From Polyangiaceae bacterium (GTDB lineage: Bacteria; Myxococcota_A; Polyangia; Polyangiales; Polyangiaceae), in assembly GCA_044376115.1 (NCBI GenBank), contig JBILLK010000013.1, positions 160,001-224,000 on the forward strand: DNA of 64,000 bases. The letters are read 5' to 3'. Below, piece by piece: positions 20,381-30,711 of this stretch; position 1 is the first letter of the stretch, and the number at the start of each line of letters is the position of its first letter. Position numbers and translations under genes: made by a program. The notes below the pieces were generated by a model that was not told the DNA's origin, searched no databases, and saw nothing but the letters and a program-made list of their open reading frames with translations.

Positions 20381-21238
20381 ATGTTCTCCATCCAAGACGC
20401 CCGCCTCGGCGAACTGCACGCGGTCGAACTCCACGATCTCAGCACCCAGGCGCGCGTCGTGCTGGTGCCTTCGCGGGGCGCGCTGGTCACGTCGTTCCGA
20501 GCGTTGGGTCGGGAGTGGCTGTACCTGGACGAGGCCACGCTTTTTGACCCAGCCGCTAACGTGCGCGGCGGCATCCCGGTCCTCTTCCCGTCGCCTGGCA
20601 AGCTCGAGAACGACCAGTATGCGGCACCAGGCACGCGCATGAAGCAGCACGGCTTTGCGAGGAATCTCGCGTTCGTCGAACTCGAACGGGGGACCTCCGG
20701 CGGCGCGTTCATCGAGCTCGAGCTGCGTGACAATGAGACCACCCGCGAGGCCTTCCCGTTCAGCTTTCAGCTGCGTCTGCGCTTTCGATTGAGCGGCACC
20801 ACGCTCGAGATCCGCGCCGAGGTCCTCAACTCGGGGAGCGAGCGACTGCCGTTTGCCCTGGGCTACCACCCGTATTTCCAGGTCCCCGCCCAGGACAAGC
20901 CGCACACGAAGATCCCTACGCAAGCTACCCGCGCCTGGGACAACGTGGCCAAGCGTGAAGTCGGCCTCGAGGTCATTCGCTTTGGCGACAGCGAGCTCGA
21001 CCTCCACCTTCTGGACCACAACTCGAACGGCGCCTCGCTCGAGACCCCCCACGGCTCAGTGCAGCTTGGTGGGCATTTCACGCGCTGGGTGGTTTGGTCG
21101 TTGCCCAACCGCGACTTCGTTTGCCTCGAGCCGTGGACGGCTCCCGCCAACGCGCTCAACTCGGGCGAGGGCCTGCTCGCGCTCGAGCCTGGAGAATCCC
21201 CCTGTTTGGCGGTGCAGATCGCCCTGTCAGCCGGCTAG
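20381..21238 (+). CDS. Aldose 1-epimerase / galactose mutarotase-like protein
   Basis: RGGIPVLFP, QHGFARN, FALGYHPYF, FVCLEPWT motifs. Confidence 0.9.
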   Translation: MFSIQDARLGELHAVELHDLSTQARVVLVPSRGALVTSFRALGREWLYLDEATLFDPAANVRGGIPVLFPSPGKLENDQYAAPGTRMKQHGFARNLAFVELERGTSGGAFIELELRDNETTREAFPFSFQLRLRFRLSGTTLEIRAEVLNSGSERLPFALGYHPYFQVPAQDKPHTKIPTQATRAWDNVAKREVGLEVIRFGDSELDLHLLDHNSNGASLETPHGSVQLGGHFTRWVVWSLPNRDFVCLEPWTAPANALNSGEGLLALEPGESPCLAVQIALSAG

Positions 21239-21376
21239 ACCCGCCGAAAGTAGACAACTTTTGGCCCATCACCCGCTCTGTTGACTATTATGCAACGCCC
21301 GCATGGCTGTGAGTGAATCCCGCAAGGCTGGAGCCGACCGCATCCCGGTGACGCCCGCTGGTTTGGGAGCGCTCGC

Positions 21377-22372
21377 ATGACGAGTGCCCGCGAACGCGTA
21401 GCGCAGCTTCTGGGCCGCTCAGGCTTGGGCTGGCTGTTGCGTAAGACCGGCACCTGGGACGGCCTTTTCGTCCTGAATTATCACCGCGTTGGCGCTTGGC
21501 AGACGGAGCCCTGGGATCAGGACCTTTACAGCGCCACCGAGGAAGACTTCGACGCCCAGCTCGCCTTCTTCAAGCGCGAATACGAGGTCATTGGCGCCGA
21601 CGATCTCGACTTTATCCGCGACAAGCGAGGTCGCTACGTCCAAATCACTTTCGACGACGGCTATCGCGACAACCACGATCGCGCCTTGCCGATCCTGCGT
21701 TCCCACCGGATATCAGCGACCTTCTTCATTTGCACCGGCTTCCTCGACAGCGGCGGCGTGCCTTGGTGGGACGAGCTGGCTTGGCTCGTACGCTCGTCGC
21801 CGTGCGACCGGCTCCCCAGCTTTCGCGGGCTACGCGAGATGTCGCTCGTCGGTGACGGGCGCATCAAAGCAGTGAAGGCGCTCAATCACCTGTACGACAA
21901 CCTCTCCGACCACGAGCGAGCGGGCTTCTTGGACGAGCTCGCAGCCGCCACTCAGATGCAACGCTGCAAGAGCTCGGAGGCGGAAAAGCTTTGGATGAGC
22001 TGGGACATGGTGCGCACGCTGCATCAGCAGGGCATGACCATTGGCGCACATACGAACAGTCACCTCGAGCTCGCCCGCAACAATCTGCAGGTCCAACTCG
22101 AGGAGATCCAAGGCTCTTGCGAGCGAATCTCCTCCGAGCTCAACGCGCCGGTGAACATCTTTTCGTATCCCTACGGTACGCGACAGTCCTTCAACACCGA
22201 CACCCGTCACGCGCTCAAACTCGCCGGGATTCGCTATGCCTACTCCTATCACGGAGGCTATCAGCGGCCGGGGCAGTGGGACCCGTTGAACCTGAAGCGG
22301 GTGGCGGTCGAGCTCAACGTCAGCCGCGAGCTACTCGAGGGCATGGCGACCGTCCCTCATCTCCTCGCCTAG
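21377..22372 (+). CDS. Polysaccharide deacetylase (CE4)
   Basis: LNYHRV, ITFDDGYRDN, IGAHTNSH, FSYPYG motifs. Confidence 0.9.
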   Translation: MTSARERVAQLLGRSGLGWLLRKTGTWDGLFVLNYHRVGAWQTEPWDQDLYSATEEDFDAQLAFFKREYEVIGADDLDFIRDKRGRYVQITFDDGYRDNHDRALPILRSHRISATFFICTGFLDSGGVPWWDELAWLVRSSPCDRLPSFRGLREMSLVGDGRIKAVKALNHLYDNLSDHERAGFLDELAAATQMQRCKSSEAEKLWMSWDMVRTLHQQGMTIGAHTNSHLELARNNLQVQLEEIQGSCERISSELNAPVNIFSYPYGTRQSFNTDTRHALKLAGIRYAYSYHGGYQRPGQWDPLNLKRVAVELNVSRELLEGMATVPHLLA

Positions 22373-22392
22373 CGAGTCATCCCAGCCAACGG

Positions 22393-23049
22393 CTAGTCTC
22401 CGTCAAAGATCCCGCACAAGAGCTCCGACTCACTGCGACAGACCTCGTCGCTGCAGGCCAGGTTGGGTGCACACTGAAAGTCAGGGCATGGCTCCCCTTG
22501 CCCAGGCAGAGCAATGCAGGTCGTACCGTCGCAGGTTGCCGCAGGGGAGCACGCGAACGTGCACGGTTCACCTGGACCCGGCAGGGCTTTGCACACCGGG
22601 TTCTCGAGATCGGTGGTGTCACAGTTACCCGAGGCACAGCCCGTGAACCCGGGACACGGAGAACCGTCGGGAATGGGCGCACCACAAACCGACCCATCGC
22701 AGGCCAAACCAGGCGCGCAACCAAAGCCGGCGCACGGCTCGCCCGCACCAGGAAGCTTGGCGCAGATCCCCGGGTCACTGAAGGTTGGCGCATCACAAAA
22801 GGTCCCAGCGGCGCACGAAACGAAGGACGTCTCGCTCAACTGGCCGCAGGCTTCACCCAAGCTGGCCCCGCACGGGTTGACGCAGGTCCCGGCGCAAACC
22901 AGGCCGAAGTCGCAATCGCGCGGATCCTGGCAGACCTCGCCTTCCTGGACCGAGCCATGCGCGATCCCAGCGCACGCTACATAGCAGCTACCGTCCTCGG
23001 GAACGCCGTTGGCGCCCGAGATGGAGCAGGTAGCGCCTTCAAATGCGGC
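22393..23049 (-). CDS. Cys-rich repeat secreted protein, 5'-truncated at junction ~23047
   Basis: Repeated LPGxGEPC...CxxGLxC modules; no in-frame start codon or signal peptide before running into the antisense of terC. Confidence 0.7.
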   Translation of the reverse strand, partial: AAFEGATCSISGANGVPEDGSCYVACAGIAHGSVQEGEVCQDPRDCDFGLVCAGTCVNPCGASLGEACGQLSETSFVSCAAGTFCDAPTFSDPGICAKLPGAGEPCAGFGCAPGLACDGSVCGAPIPDGSPCPGFTGCASGNCDTTDLENPVCKALPGPGEPCTFACSPAATCDGTTCIALPGQGEPCPDFQCAPNLACSDEVCRSESELLCGIFDGD

Positions 23050-23146
23050 CTCATTGGCTGGCTTTTTCGGCGCCTGTGACAGCGAGCCGGACCTCTCGGG
23101 CTGGCTGTTGTGATGAGGCGGTGCTCCCGGGCGGCAGTGAGAGCTC

Positions 23147-23908
23147 GTGTGCCGAGCAGACACCCGATTGCTCGCTAAATCCTCGAGTCTTTGCTTATTT
23201 GCGGTGGCTTCACTCACCGCGATGGAGATCGTGCTGGGCATCGACAACATCGTCTTCATCTCGATCCTCACCTCGCGGCTGCCCAAGGAGAAGCAGGCGC
23301 CCATTGGCCGGCTCGGCCTTGGCCTTGCCCTGGTCATGCGCATCGGGCTGCTGTTCGCCATCGGCTGGATCATGGGCCTCACCGCGCCGCTCTTTAAGCT
23401 GTTTACGCATACCGTCAGTGGCCGCGATTTGGTCCTGCTGATTGGAGGGCTATTCCTGCTCGACAAAGCCACCAACGAGATCCACAAGAAGGTCGAGGGT
23501 GACGAGGAGGGGCAGGCGGGGAAAGGCTCGGCCAGCGTGGGCTTGATCATCGTGCAGATCTTGCTGCTCGATATGGTGTTCTCGCTCGATTCGGTGATCA
23601 CCGCGGTAGGCATGATTCCGCCCGATCAGATGTGGGTGATGGTCACGGCTGTGCTCGTGTCCGTGGCCGTCATGCTCGTCTTCGCAGGGCGCCTATCGGC
23701 CTTCGTCATGGCGCACCCAACCGTTAAGCTATTGGCGCTCTCCTTCCTACTGCTGATTGGCGTAATGCTCATTGCCGACGGCATGGGCCAGAAGATCCCC
23801 AAAGGCTATATCTACTTCGCCATGGCCTTCTCCCTCGGTATCGAGCTGCTCAACATGCGTTTTCGCAGCAAGCGGCAAGCCAAGAGCGCACCAAGCCAAA
23901 CAGCGTAG
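23147..23908 (+). CDS. TerC-family membrane protein (start uncertain)
   Basis: LTAMEIVLGIDNIVFISIL, QILLLDMVFSLDSVITAVGM, HPTVKLLALSFLLLIG, KGYIYFAMAFS. Confidence 0.92.
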   Translation: MCRADTRLLAKSSSLCLFAVASLTAMEIVLGIDNIVFISILTSRLPKEKQAPIGRLGLGLALVMRIGLLFAIGWIMGLTAPLFKLFTHTVSGRDLVLLIGGLFLLDKATNEIHKKVEGDEEGQAGKGSASVGLIIVQILLLDMVFSLDSVITAVGMIPPDQMWVMVTAVLVSVAVMLVFAGRLSAFVMAHPTVKLLALSFLLLIGVMLIADGMGQKIPKGYIYFAMAFSLGIELLNMRFRSKRQAKSAPSQTA

Positions 23909-23967
23909 ACCCAACCAGTTTGAGGCAGCTTGAGGATCAAAGCGGACGCGGGTTGGTATCACGCAGG

Positions 23968-25347
23968 ATGACCCGAACATGCTTTGCGGTTCTCCTCTTG
24001 GCAGCCTGTTCATCTCGCATTCGCGTTGAGGGAGGCGACGGGGAGGAAACCAGCGGGGACGCGACCAGCGGCACAACTGGAGGCGCTCCAACAACCGCGG
24101 GTGGTGGGGCTGTCGGCGCGGGGGGCTCGGAGCCAGACCATCGTTCGCTCGTGATGGCCGAGAACTTTGATTGGTCGACGGTGACGGTGCCACCGAACGC
24201 ACTGGGGGTGACGGTTGCCGCCACGACCACGGACGGAAGTGAGGCGGCCGTTCGCCTTACACGTCTTGCAGCACCGTCGGGCGACTTGGTCATCGATGGC
24301 CCCCTCGCGAGCAATAACTTCGAGGCTTTCTGGCCTGGCGCGCTCGCCTTCGCGCAGCCCCAGGTCGAGCATCCCGAGACGTTTCCTTTAGCGCCCGGCC
24401 TTTGGTCATTCACCATCGAGTCCAACGCCCCGCTGGAGGGTGCGGCTTGGCTTCGTTTGACCGTCGACGGTCAATTCCACGGCGGCGTGCTCGACGTCAA
24501 CCTGTTCCGCGTCAGTACGGAGCTCAGCGATGAGGAGTTGGCGGAGCGGGTAGCGATCGCCTTCGACGGCTGGGCTGGGCTTTCACTTGGAGACGTGCGC
24601 GTCTTCGAGGCGCCGAGCGACGAACTCCAGATCACGTCCATGGCGCCACTTTTTCCCGCGCTCAACGTGCTTGTGCTCGGGGATTATGATGAGCCCTTCG
24701 GCCTCTCCACTGGACTCCCTGGCATCGCAACGAAGCACGGGACCAGCGGAAGCGGCGTGCTTTGGGGCACCACGGATGACGTTCTCTCCGACGCCAACGT
24801 GCTGCGCCACGAGGCCGGCCACTTCGCGGGGCTGTTCCACACCACCGAGTGGACCCCAGGGGAGGAGGACCCACTCTCTGATACGCCAAGTTGCGCCGAC
24901 GTAAATGGCCTCGAGGCATGCCCTGACTTTTCGAACGTCATGTTCCCATTTGGCGCCACAACTCCCGGTGAACTCACCGCTCAACAAGCGCGCGTGGTTC
25001 AGGGGAGTGCCCTCTACCGTGGCGTGTACGCCCCCGGCGAAGAGCCGATGACCCCGTACCCCGCAGCGGCGACCACCAAGTCGTTCACTGGAGAGGCCCC
25101 ACGCTTCCGAACGCTGGAGGTTCCGCAGCCCACTCGGCGGCTCGATCCAGCGGCTCGCGCTTGGGCGGAGGACCTCACCCCGCGGCAGTACTCCATCGCC
25201 GCCGGATTGGTGTGCGGCGAGCTCGGCCTGACGAAGTCGGCCGAGCTCGTCGAGGCGCTTGACGATGAGGTCGTCGCACGAATCCTGAATGATCCGCGCG
25301 CGCCGCGGCACGTCAAATCACGGCTCGCTGGACGTCAGCGGCGTTGA
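23968..25347 (+). CDS. Lipoprotein zinc metallopeptidase (metzincin, M43/M10-like)
   Basis: Lipobox LAAC; HEAGHFAGLFH zinc motif and NVMFP Met-turn. Confidence 0.8.
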   Translation: MTRTCFAVLLLAACSSRIRVEGGDGEETSGDATSGTTGGAPTTAGGGAVGAGGSEPDHRSLVMAENFDWSTVTVPPNALGVTVAATTTDGSEAAVRLTRLAAPSGDLVIDGPLASNNFEAFWPGALAFAQPQVEHPETFPLAPGLWSFTIESNAPLEGAAWLRLTVDGQFHGGVLDVNLFRVSTELSDEELAERVAIAFDGWAGLSLGDVRVFEAPSDELQITSMAPLFPALNVLVLGDYDEPFGLSTGLPGIATKHGTSGSGVLWGTTDDVLSDANVLRHEAGHFAGLFHTTEWTPGEEDPLSDTPSCADVNGLEACPDFSNVMFPFGATTPGELTAQQARVVQGSALYRGVYAPGEEPMTPYPAAATTKSFTGEAPRFRTLEVPQPTRRLDPAARAWAEDLTPRQYSIAAGLVCGELGLTKSAELVEALDDEVVARILNDPRAPRHVKSRLAGRQRR

Positions 25348-25442
25348 GTCACGTCACGTCATGACGGGGACGCCTGCGCGCTCGCAATGGCTTCGCGCGG
25401 CGTCCCCTGCGTGCAGCAACTGTGCGGCCGATGGCAGCCGCC

Positions 25443-26255
25443 TCAATCGCAGGAATTGGCCTCGCCGCAGCCCACCAAGTTATCGGTGATTTGCGCTGCA
25501 GCACTTGCAGTCAGCAAACAATCGCCGACGTACTTTGTCCCCGGCGCCGGACCATCACTGACAACGGGCCGAGGCGGAACGATCAGCCGTACGTTTGGAT
25601 CGAGCCGAGGCTCCACCGTCGCAATGTGGACAGAGACGCTCACGGTCGGTTCGCCCCCTGGCGCACGCCACTCACAGCTGCCCTGCCGAATCTCCTTCTC
25701 GCACTTGTCGCCAGCCCCATTTTCACATTGCTCGCAAGCGAAGGCGTTAAAGAGCTTGCTCGTGCAAGCGTCCTTGGCCGTCTGCCCCACCAGGGTCTTG
25801 AGCGCCTCGTCTTGGGCTGAACCGAACGATGCACAGACTTCCGGTAGATCCGCCTCTGCGGCTTCCTTGGTGTCGTATTCTTTGGCCGCATAACCTGGCG
25901 TCTTCGACATCCACTGCTGCTGAATTTGGGTGCCGCCGTCGACGACATTCTGGGGAAACTCGCTGCCGTGCAGCGATTGGTCGACAACGCGAAGTCCTGC
26001 GCCCCCGCACTGAAGGAGAGCGGTCGCAGCCTGAGCCGCGCTGTCCACCTCTTCCGAGTCGTCTTGCTCCGTAGCGTCGAGCTCCGCGCAGCCGGCCGAG
26101 AGCAAACAACCGAGAATAACCGTTAGCGAGCAAACTAAGTGATTGGCACTGAAGTTCCACCGAAGGTGGATGCAGCAGCAAGAATGACTCGTGCCTTCTT
26201 CGAAGAAAACGGCCGCAGGCCCAATTGACCGGTTGACCTGGCACGAGTCATTCAT
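25443..26255 (-). CDS. Cys-rich hypothetical lipoprotein (start uncertain)
   Basis: LLSAGC lipobox-like site and many Cys; AAAGG upstream of ATG 26255, but the N-terminal ~40 aa look atypical. Confidence 0.55.
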   Translation of the reverse strand: MNDSCQVNRSIGPAAVFFEEGTSHSCCCIHLRWNFSANHLVCSLTVILGCLLSAGCAELDATEQDDSEEVDSAAQAATALLQCGGAGLRVVDQSLHGSEFPQNVVDGGTQIQQQWMSKTPGYAAKEYDTKEAAEADLPEVCASFGSAQDEALKTLVGQTAKDACTSKLFNAFACEQCENGAGDKCEKEIRQGSCEWRAPGGEPTVSVSVHIATVEPRLDPNVRLIVPPRPVVSDGPAPGTKYVGDCLLTASAAAQITDNLVGCGEANSCD

Positions 26256-26598
26256 GTTGGAGACCTTTCGGATAAGTGACAAAGCGGGCCGCACCGTCAG
26301 ACCAGCTGCGGGCTTCGTGCTGATTGACGCGGCGACGATTGAGCAGCGCGAGCGGACGAGGGCTCACCCCTCAATTGCGAGGAAGAGCGCCGAATCGGCT
26401 CACCTGATCTCGCAATGTCGAGCTGCCCCCGAGTCAGCAAAGCGTGTACCAACTCCCGTCCGATAACGAGTTCGCAACGCTTAACTGCGAATCCTCGCGT
26501 CGTCGCAGCGCCGCACGCTCCGAGCGGCACACATCGTCACAAACACAGTATGCGGGATCATGGGCTGGCGTGAGGTGGCCCCTGCTAGCCTGCCGGTC

Positions 26599-27243
26599 AT
26601 GAAAAAAGTCGGCGTATTGGGGTCAGGGCAAGTTGGTGAAGTGCTGGCGAACGGCTTCTTGAAGCATGGCTACGCCGTCATGCGCGGCAGCCGTGAGCCG
26701 GAGAAAATGGCGGATTGGAGCAAAGCGGCGGGCGAGCATGCCTCGGTCGGCAGCGTGCAAGAGACCGCGAGCTTTGGCGAGCTCATCGTATTGGCCGTCA
26801 AGGGCTCCGCCGCCGAGGCCGCGGTCACGCTGGCCGGTGAAGCACTCGCGGGCAAAACGGTGATCGACGCCACCAACCCGATCGACAACGCTCCGCCCGA
26901 AAACGGCGTCTTGCGCTACTTCACCGGCCCGAACGAGTCGCTGATGGAGCGCCTGCAGAAGCAGAGCCCCAGCGCCCACTTCGTCAAAGCCTTCTCCTGC
27001 GTGGGCAACGCCTTCTTCGTCAATCCGGACTTCGGCGGCATCAAACCGACGATGTTCATTTGTGGTGATAGCGCCGAGGCGAAGAAAGAGGTGAGCACGG
27101 TGCTCGACCAATTTGGTTGGGAGGTAGAGGACTCAGGCCTAGCGATCTCGGCGCGAGCGATCGAGCCGCTGTGCATCCTCTGGTGTCTCCCCGGCTTTCG
27201 CGAGAACCGCTGGAGTCACGCCTTCAAGCTGCTCAAGAAGTAG
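26599..27243 (+). CDS. NADPH-dependent F420 reductase-like NAD(P)-binding oxidoreductase
   Basis: KVGVLGSGQVG Rossmann motif, VIDATNP, FVKAFS, MFICGD. Confidence 0.88.
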   Translation: MKKVGVLGSGQVGEVLANGFLKHGYAVMRGSREPEKMADWSKAAGEHASVGSVQETASFGELIVLAVKGSAAEAAVTLAGEALAGKTVIDATNPIDNAPPENGVLRYFTGPNESLMERLQKQSPSAHFVKAFSCVGNAFFVNPDFGGIKPTMFICGDSAEAKKEVSTVLDQFGWEVEDSGLAISARAIEPLCILWCLPGFRENRWSHAFKLLKK

Positions 27244-27270
27244 CAGCTTGTGCACCGCCTTCGAGATGGC

Positions 27271-29649
27271 CTAGCGGCGTTCGCGCAGCACGCTGAGGCC
27301 GCGCGGGCCATCCACACAGATGCGAAGGCCGGGGAATTTTGGCAAATAGGCGAGCGGCGGTGGCTCTTTGCGACCGCCCTTCGTCACTCGCAAAATGACG
27401 GTGTTGGCGTCTAGATCGTAGTCCGCCTGATAGCGACAATCGCCAATATCGACGGTCATCGGGAAGTCGCGTTCAAGCAGCGAAGAAAGCTCGTACGGCA
27501 GCTCTGGCGGGAGCAGGTCCTTGGCCGAAAGCAGCGCGAGATCCTCGCCGCTCTCCACCCCGAGCTCGAGCAGCCGAGCGAGCACCCAAGCCTCGAGCGA
27601 TAGAGCAGTAAAGCCCGCTGCTGTAGAGAACCCGGGGTGGTTACGCTTCGCCAGCTTGGCAGCGAGCGCATGCTGCGCGACGCGTTCGCGGCTGAGCGTG
27701 AGGGTCTGTTGCGCCTTGAAGAGACTCCCTCGTAGGAACAGCTCCGCGAGCGCTGCCCGGGCCAGTGCGCCCTGCGGCACTTCGTCGCGCGTAGCGATCA
27801 CCCGCTGGGCGTAAACCCTCTCAACCTTCGCCAACACCTTTCCACTCTCGAGCCGCACCGCCCCCAGCTGGTCCTGACCCAGCCCAGCCTTCACAACCAC
27901 CGAGAATGGCACCGCTGCAGCGCAGGTCACGAGCAGCCGCGTATCTTTGCCTGCACCAAAGGAGCGAGTCTCCAACACGACAATCGCCTCGAGCTCGCGC
28001 AAGCGTCGCAGCGCCGATTCTCGCGCAAGCCCTAGCTCGGTGCCGCCGTTGCTAAACGCCAGCTCCTGGCCGCGGCTCCGAACGATGTGCACCACCCGAG
28101 GATCGGCCGCGATCGCCGCCGAGAGGAGGGCGTCGCGGTCCAGCTCGGTGCGCGGCTCATCGACCATCAAGCCGAACTCGCGGCGCAAGCGGATGCGCGT
28201 CCGTTGAGCCTCCTCCCAGGCGCTGCGCAAAAGACCGTACACCTCGGGGCGCTCGGCGCGCACCGCTCGCACCAAGGCCGTAACATCACAGCCGGACCGC
28301 CGTAGCTCCTCCTCCGGCTCCTCAGCGCCGCTGCGAAAAAGCGGGCGGCCAGCAGCAAGCGCCGCCACAAGATCCAAAGCGTCCTCGAGACAGCCGAGTC
28401 GCTTGGCCTCGATCAAGAGGCGTGCGTGCGCCGCGTCGATCGGCAACGCATGCAGCGCAAGGCCGCGCTCATTGACCGAGCCGTCCGCGGCCAGCGCGCC
28501 CCAAAGCGCTAGTTCGGCGCGTGCATCCGCTAATGCATAATCTTTGGCAGGGTCCAAGAGCGGGAGTTGCTCGGGCTTTTCACCCCAGACCGCGGCCGAG
28601 AGTACGAGCGGCACCAACGACTCACGGTGAATCTCCGGCAGGGTGAGCTTGGCTAAGGCGGCAGCAGGACTCCAAAGCCTGTAGCTCACGCCGGCGGAAG
28701 TACGCCCTGCGCGACCGCTGCGTTGTGCAGCCGAGTCCAAAGCGATAGGCGCTAACATCAAGGAAGCTCGCCCATCGCGATAGCGGGTCTGCTTGACCAG
28801 CCCAGAGTCAATCACCACACCCACGCCTGGAATGGTGATTGACGTCTCCGCGACGTTGGTCGCCAGGATCACCTTGCGCCGCGAGGTAGCGACAAACGCC
28901 GAGCGCTGCTCCTCGAGCGTGAGGCCGCCATGTAGCGGCATGAGCGAATAACGATTCCTGGCTTGGAGCAGCCGAAAACAAGCGTCGATCTCCGGCTTAC
29001 CCGGCAAAAATACCAGCACGTCGCCTGGGTCGTCTTGGCTTCGTTCGAGCGCAACCAACACCCGCTCCGCGAGCTCCGCCGACTCCGGCAGCAAGCTGCG
29101 CGTTGGTAGATAGTGGGTTACCACCGGGAAGGTGCGCCCCTCGGCTACTAGGTATTGCCCATGCAGATGACTCGCCACGCGCTCGCCGTCCAAGGTCGCG
29201 GACATCACCATAAGCTTGGGTGCCTGATCGGGTGCGGCGCGCCGCCGCTTAAGTAGCAATCCGAGCAGCAGGTCCGACTCGATGCCGCGCTCATGAAATT
29301 CATCGAGCACGACCGTGCCGGCCGACTCGAGCAGCGCCGCGTTGCGCAGCGCGATCCCCGGCGTGGCGAACACGATGCGCGTAGCCGCGGAATAGCGCGA
29401 GTCATCACGGACGGCGTAGCCAACGCCCTGCCCAAGCGGCGTCTGCTCGAGCTCGGCCACTCGCGCGGCCAGGCCTTGACACGCGATTCGGCGCGGCTCG
29501 ATTACCAACACGCGGCCGGGGCACCAACGCGGCACCTCGGTCGACTTGCCCGAACCGGTCGGCGATGAGACCACGACCGGGCCGAGCGCGAGCGCTGCCA
29601 AAAGCGACTCGCGAATAGCGGCGACGGGGAGCTCGTGCGATGCCGTCAT
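27271..29649 (-). CDS. hrpB: HrpB-like ATP-dependent DEAH helicase
   Basis: SPTGSGKST, EPRRIA, LDEFHER, MSATLD, LATNVAETSITIPGV, QRSGRAGR; C-terminus atypical. Confidence 0.8.
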   Translation of the reverse strand: MTASHELPVAAIRESLLAALALGPVVVSSPTGSGKSTEVPRWCPGRVLVIEPRRIACQGLAARVAELEQTPLGQGVGYAVRDDSRYSAATRIVFATPGIALRNAALLESAGTVVLDEFHERGIESDLLLGLLLKRRRAAPDQAPKLMVMSATLDGERVASHLHGQYLVAEGRTFPVVTHYLPTRSLLPESAELAERVLVALERSQDDPGDVLVFLPGKPEIDACFRLLQARNRYSLMPLHGGLTLEEQRSAFVATSRRKVILATNVAETSITIPGVGVVIDSGLVKQTRYRDGRASLMLAPIALDSAAQRSGRAGRTSAGVSYRLWSPAAALAKLTLPEIHRESLVPLVLSAAVWGEKPEQLPLLDPAKDYALADARAELALWGALAADGSVNERGLALHALPIDAAHARLLIEAKRLGCLEDALDLVAALAAGRPLFRSGAEEPEEELRRSGCDVTALVRAVRAERPEVYGLLRSAWEEAQRTRIRLRREFGLMVDEPRTELDRDALLSAAIAADPRVVHIVRSRGQELAFSNGGTELGLARESALRRLRELEAIVVLETRSFGAGKDTRLLVTCAAAVPFSVVVKAGLGQDQLGAVRLESGKVLAKVERVYAQRVIATRDEVPQGALARAALAELFLRGSLFKAQQTLTLSRERVAQHALAAKLAKRNHPGFSTAAGFTALSLEAWVLARLLELGVESGEDLALLSAKDLLPPELPYELSSLLERDFPMTVDIGDCRYQADYDLDANTVILRVTKGGRKEPPPLAYLPKFPGLRICVDGPRGLSVLRERR

Positions 29650-29765
29650 CCGGCCCGATCGGTACGCCTGCACAACACGCTGGCACTGTCGCAGTCGGCC
29701 TCCACCGCTGCAAGCCCGTTGGTGCTTCGCCCTTGGCCCGAGTCATTCGGCTAGACTCGGGCGCC

Positions 29766-30695
29766 ATGAGCGACACGCTTCCGGTGGTAGATTTTCGCGA
29801 GCTTGCGGCAGGAGAGAGCGGGTTTCGGTCGTTTGCGCAGAGCTTTGGAGACAGTCTCTTTCACTACGGCTTCGGCGTCGTGGCCGAGCACCCCCTGAGC
29901 GCCGCGCGCATTGAAAGCGCGTTCGAGCGTTGTCGCGAGCTTTTCGCTTTGCCCGAACAGACAAAGCTTGGTTACGTCGTGCCGGAGAGTCACGGCAATC
30001 GCGGCTACGTACCCTTCGGTGGCGAGCGAGCTCTAGGCGCCCAAGCCGCCGACCTGAAGGAGTTCTTCCACGTAGGCCAGGAAGAGCGCCCAGAAGGGAG
30101 CCCGCTCTTACCGAACGTCTGGCCGGGGGAGGTCCAAGGCTTCCGTGACGAGCTTTTATCGCTGTATCGCTCCTTCGAGCAGGTCGCCCAGCAGCTCTTG
30201 CGGGCCATCGCGCTGTACTTGGATATGCCCGAGGAGACCTTCGCCTCGATGGTCGTCGGCGGGGATAGCATATTACGCCTGATTCACTATCCACCCGTAG
30301 GGGCGGACGCGGCGCCCGGAGCCGTGCGGGCCGGTGCACATGAGGACATCAACCTGATCACCCTGCTCGCCGAGGGCACCACCGGCGGGCTCGAGTTGCA
30401 GCGCAAAGACGGCTCGTGGATGCCGGTGCGCTCGCTGCGCGGTCAGCTGGTGATCAACGCCGGGGATATGTTGCAACGAGCCACGCACGGCCGGATCCGC
30501 TCGACCACCCACCGGGTGACCAACCCGAGCGGTCCCAATCAATCGCGCTATTCCCTCCCCTTCTTCACCCACCCGCGGCCGGAGGTGATGCTGGTGCCGA
30601 TGCAGCCCCCGGCCAGCTGGGAAGGGCCAGCGCTACCAGCGGTCAGCGCCGGCGACTTCCTGAAGGAGCGACTGGCCAAGATCAAAGCCGGCTGA
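29766..30695 (+). CDS. 2OG-Fe(II) oxygenase, isopenicillin N synthase family
   Basis: DLKEFFHVG, LRLIHYPP, AHEDINLITLL, STTHRV, RYSLPFF. Confidence 0.92.
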   Translation: MSDTLPVVDFRELAAGESGFRSFAQSFGDSLFHYGFGVVAEHPLSAARIESAFERCRELFALPEQTKLGYVVPESHGNRGYVPFGGERALGAQAADLKEFFHVGQEERPEGSPLLPNVWPGEVQGFRDELLSLYRSFEQVAQQLLRAIALYLDMPEETFASMVVGGDSILRLIHYPPVGADAAPGAVRAGAHEDINLITLLAEGTTGGLELQRKDGSWMPVRSLRGQLVINAGDMLQRATHGRIRSTTHRVTNPSGPNQSRYSLPFFTHPRPEVMLVPMQPPASWEGPALPAVSAGDFLKERLAKIKAG

Positions 30696-30711
30696 CGTAG
30701 CGACGACGTGG

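Noticed and set aside
21270..21300. TTGACTATTATGCAAC resembling a dif/XerD half-site
   Set aside because: No matching XerC arm at the right spacing; more likely promoter sequence
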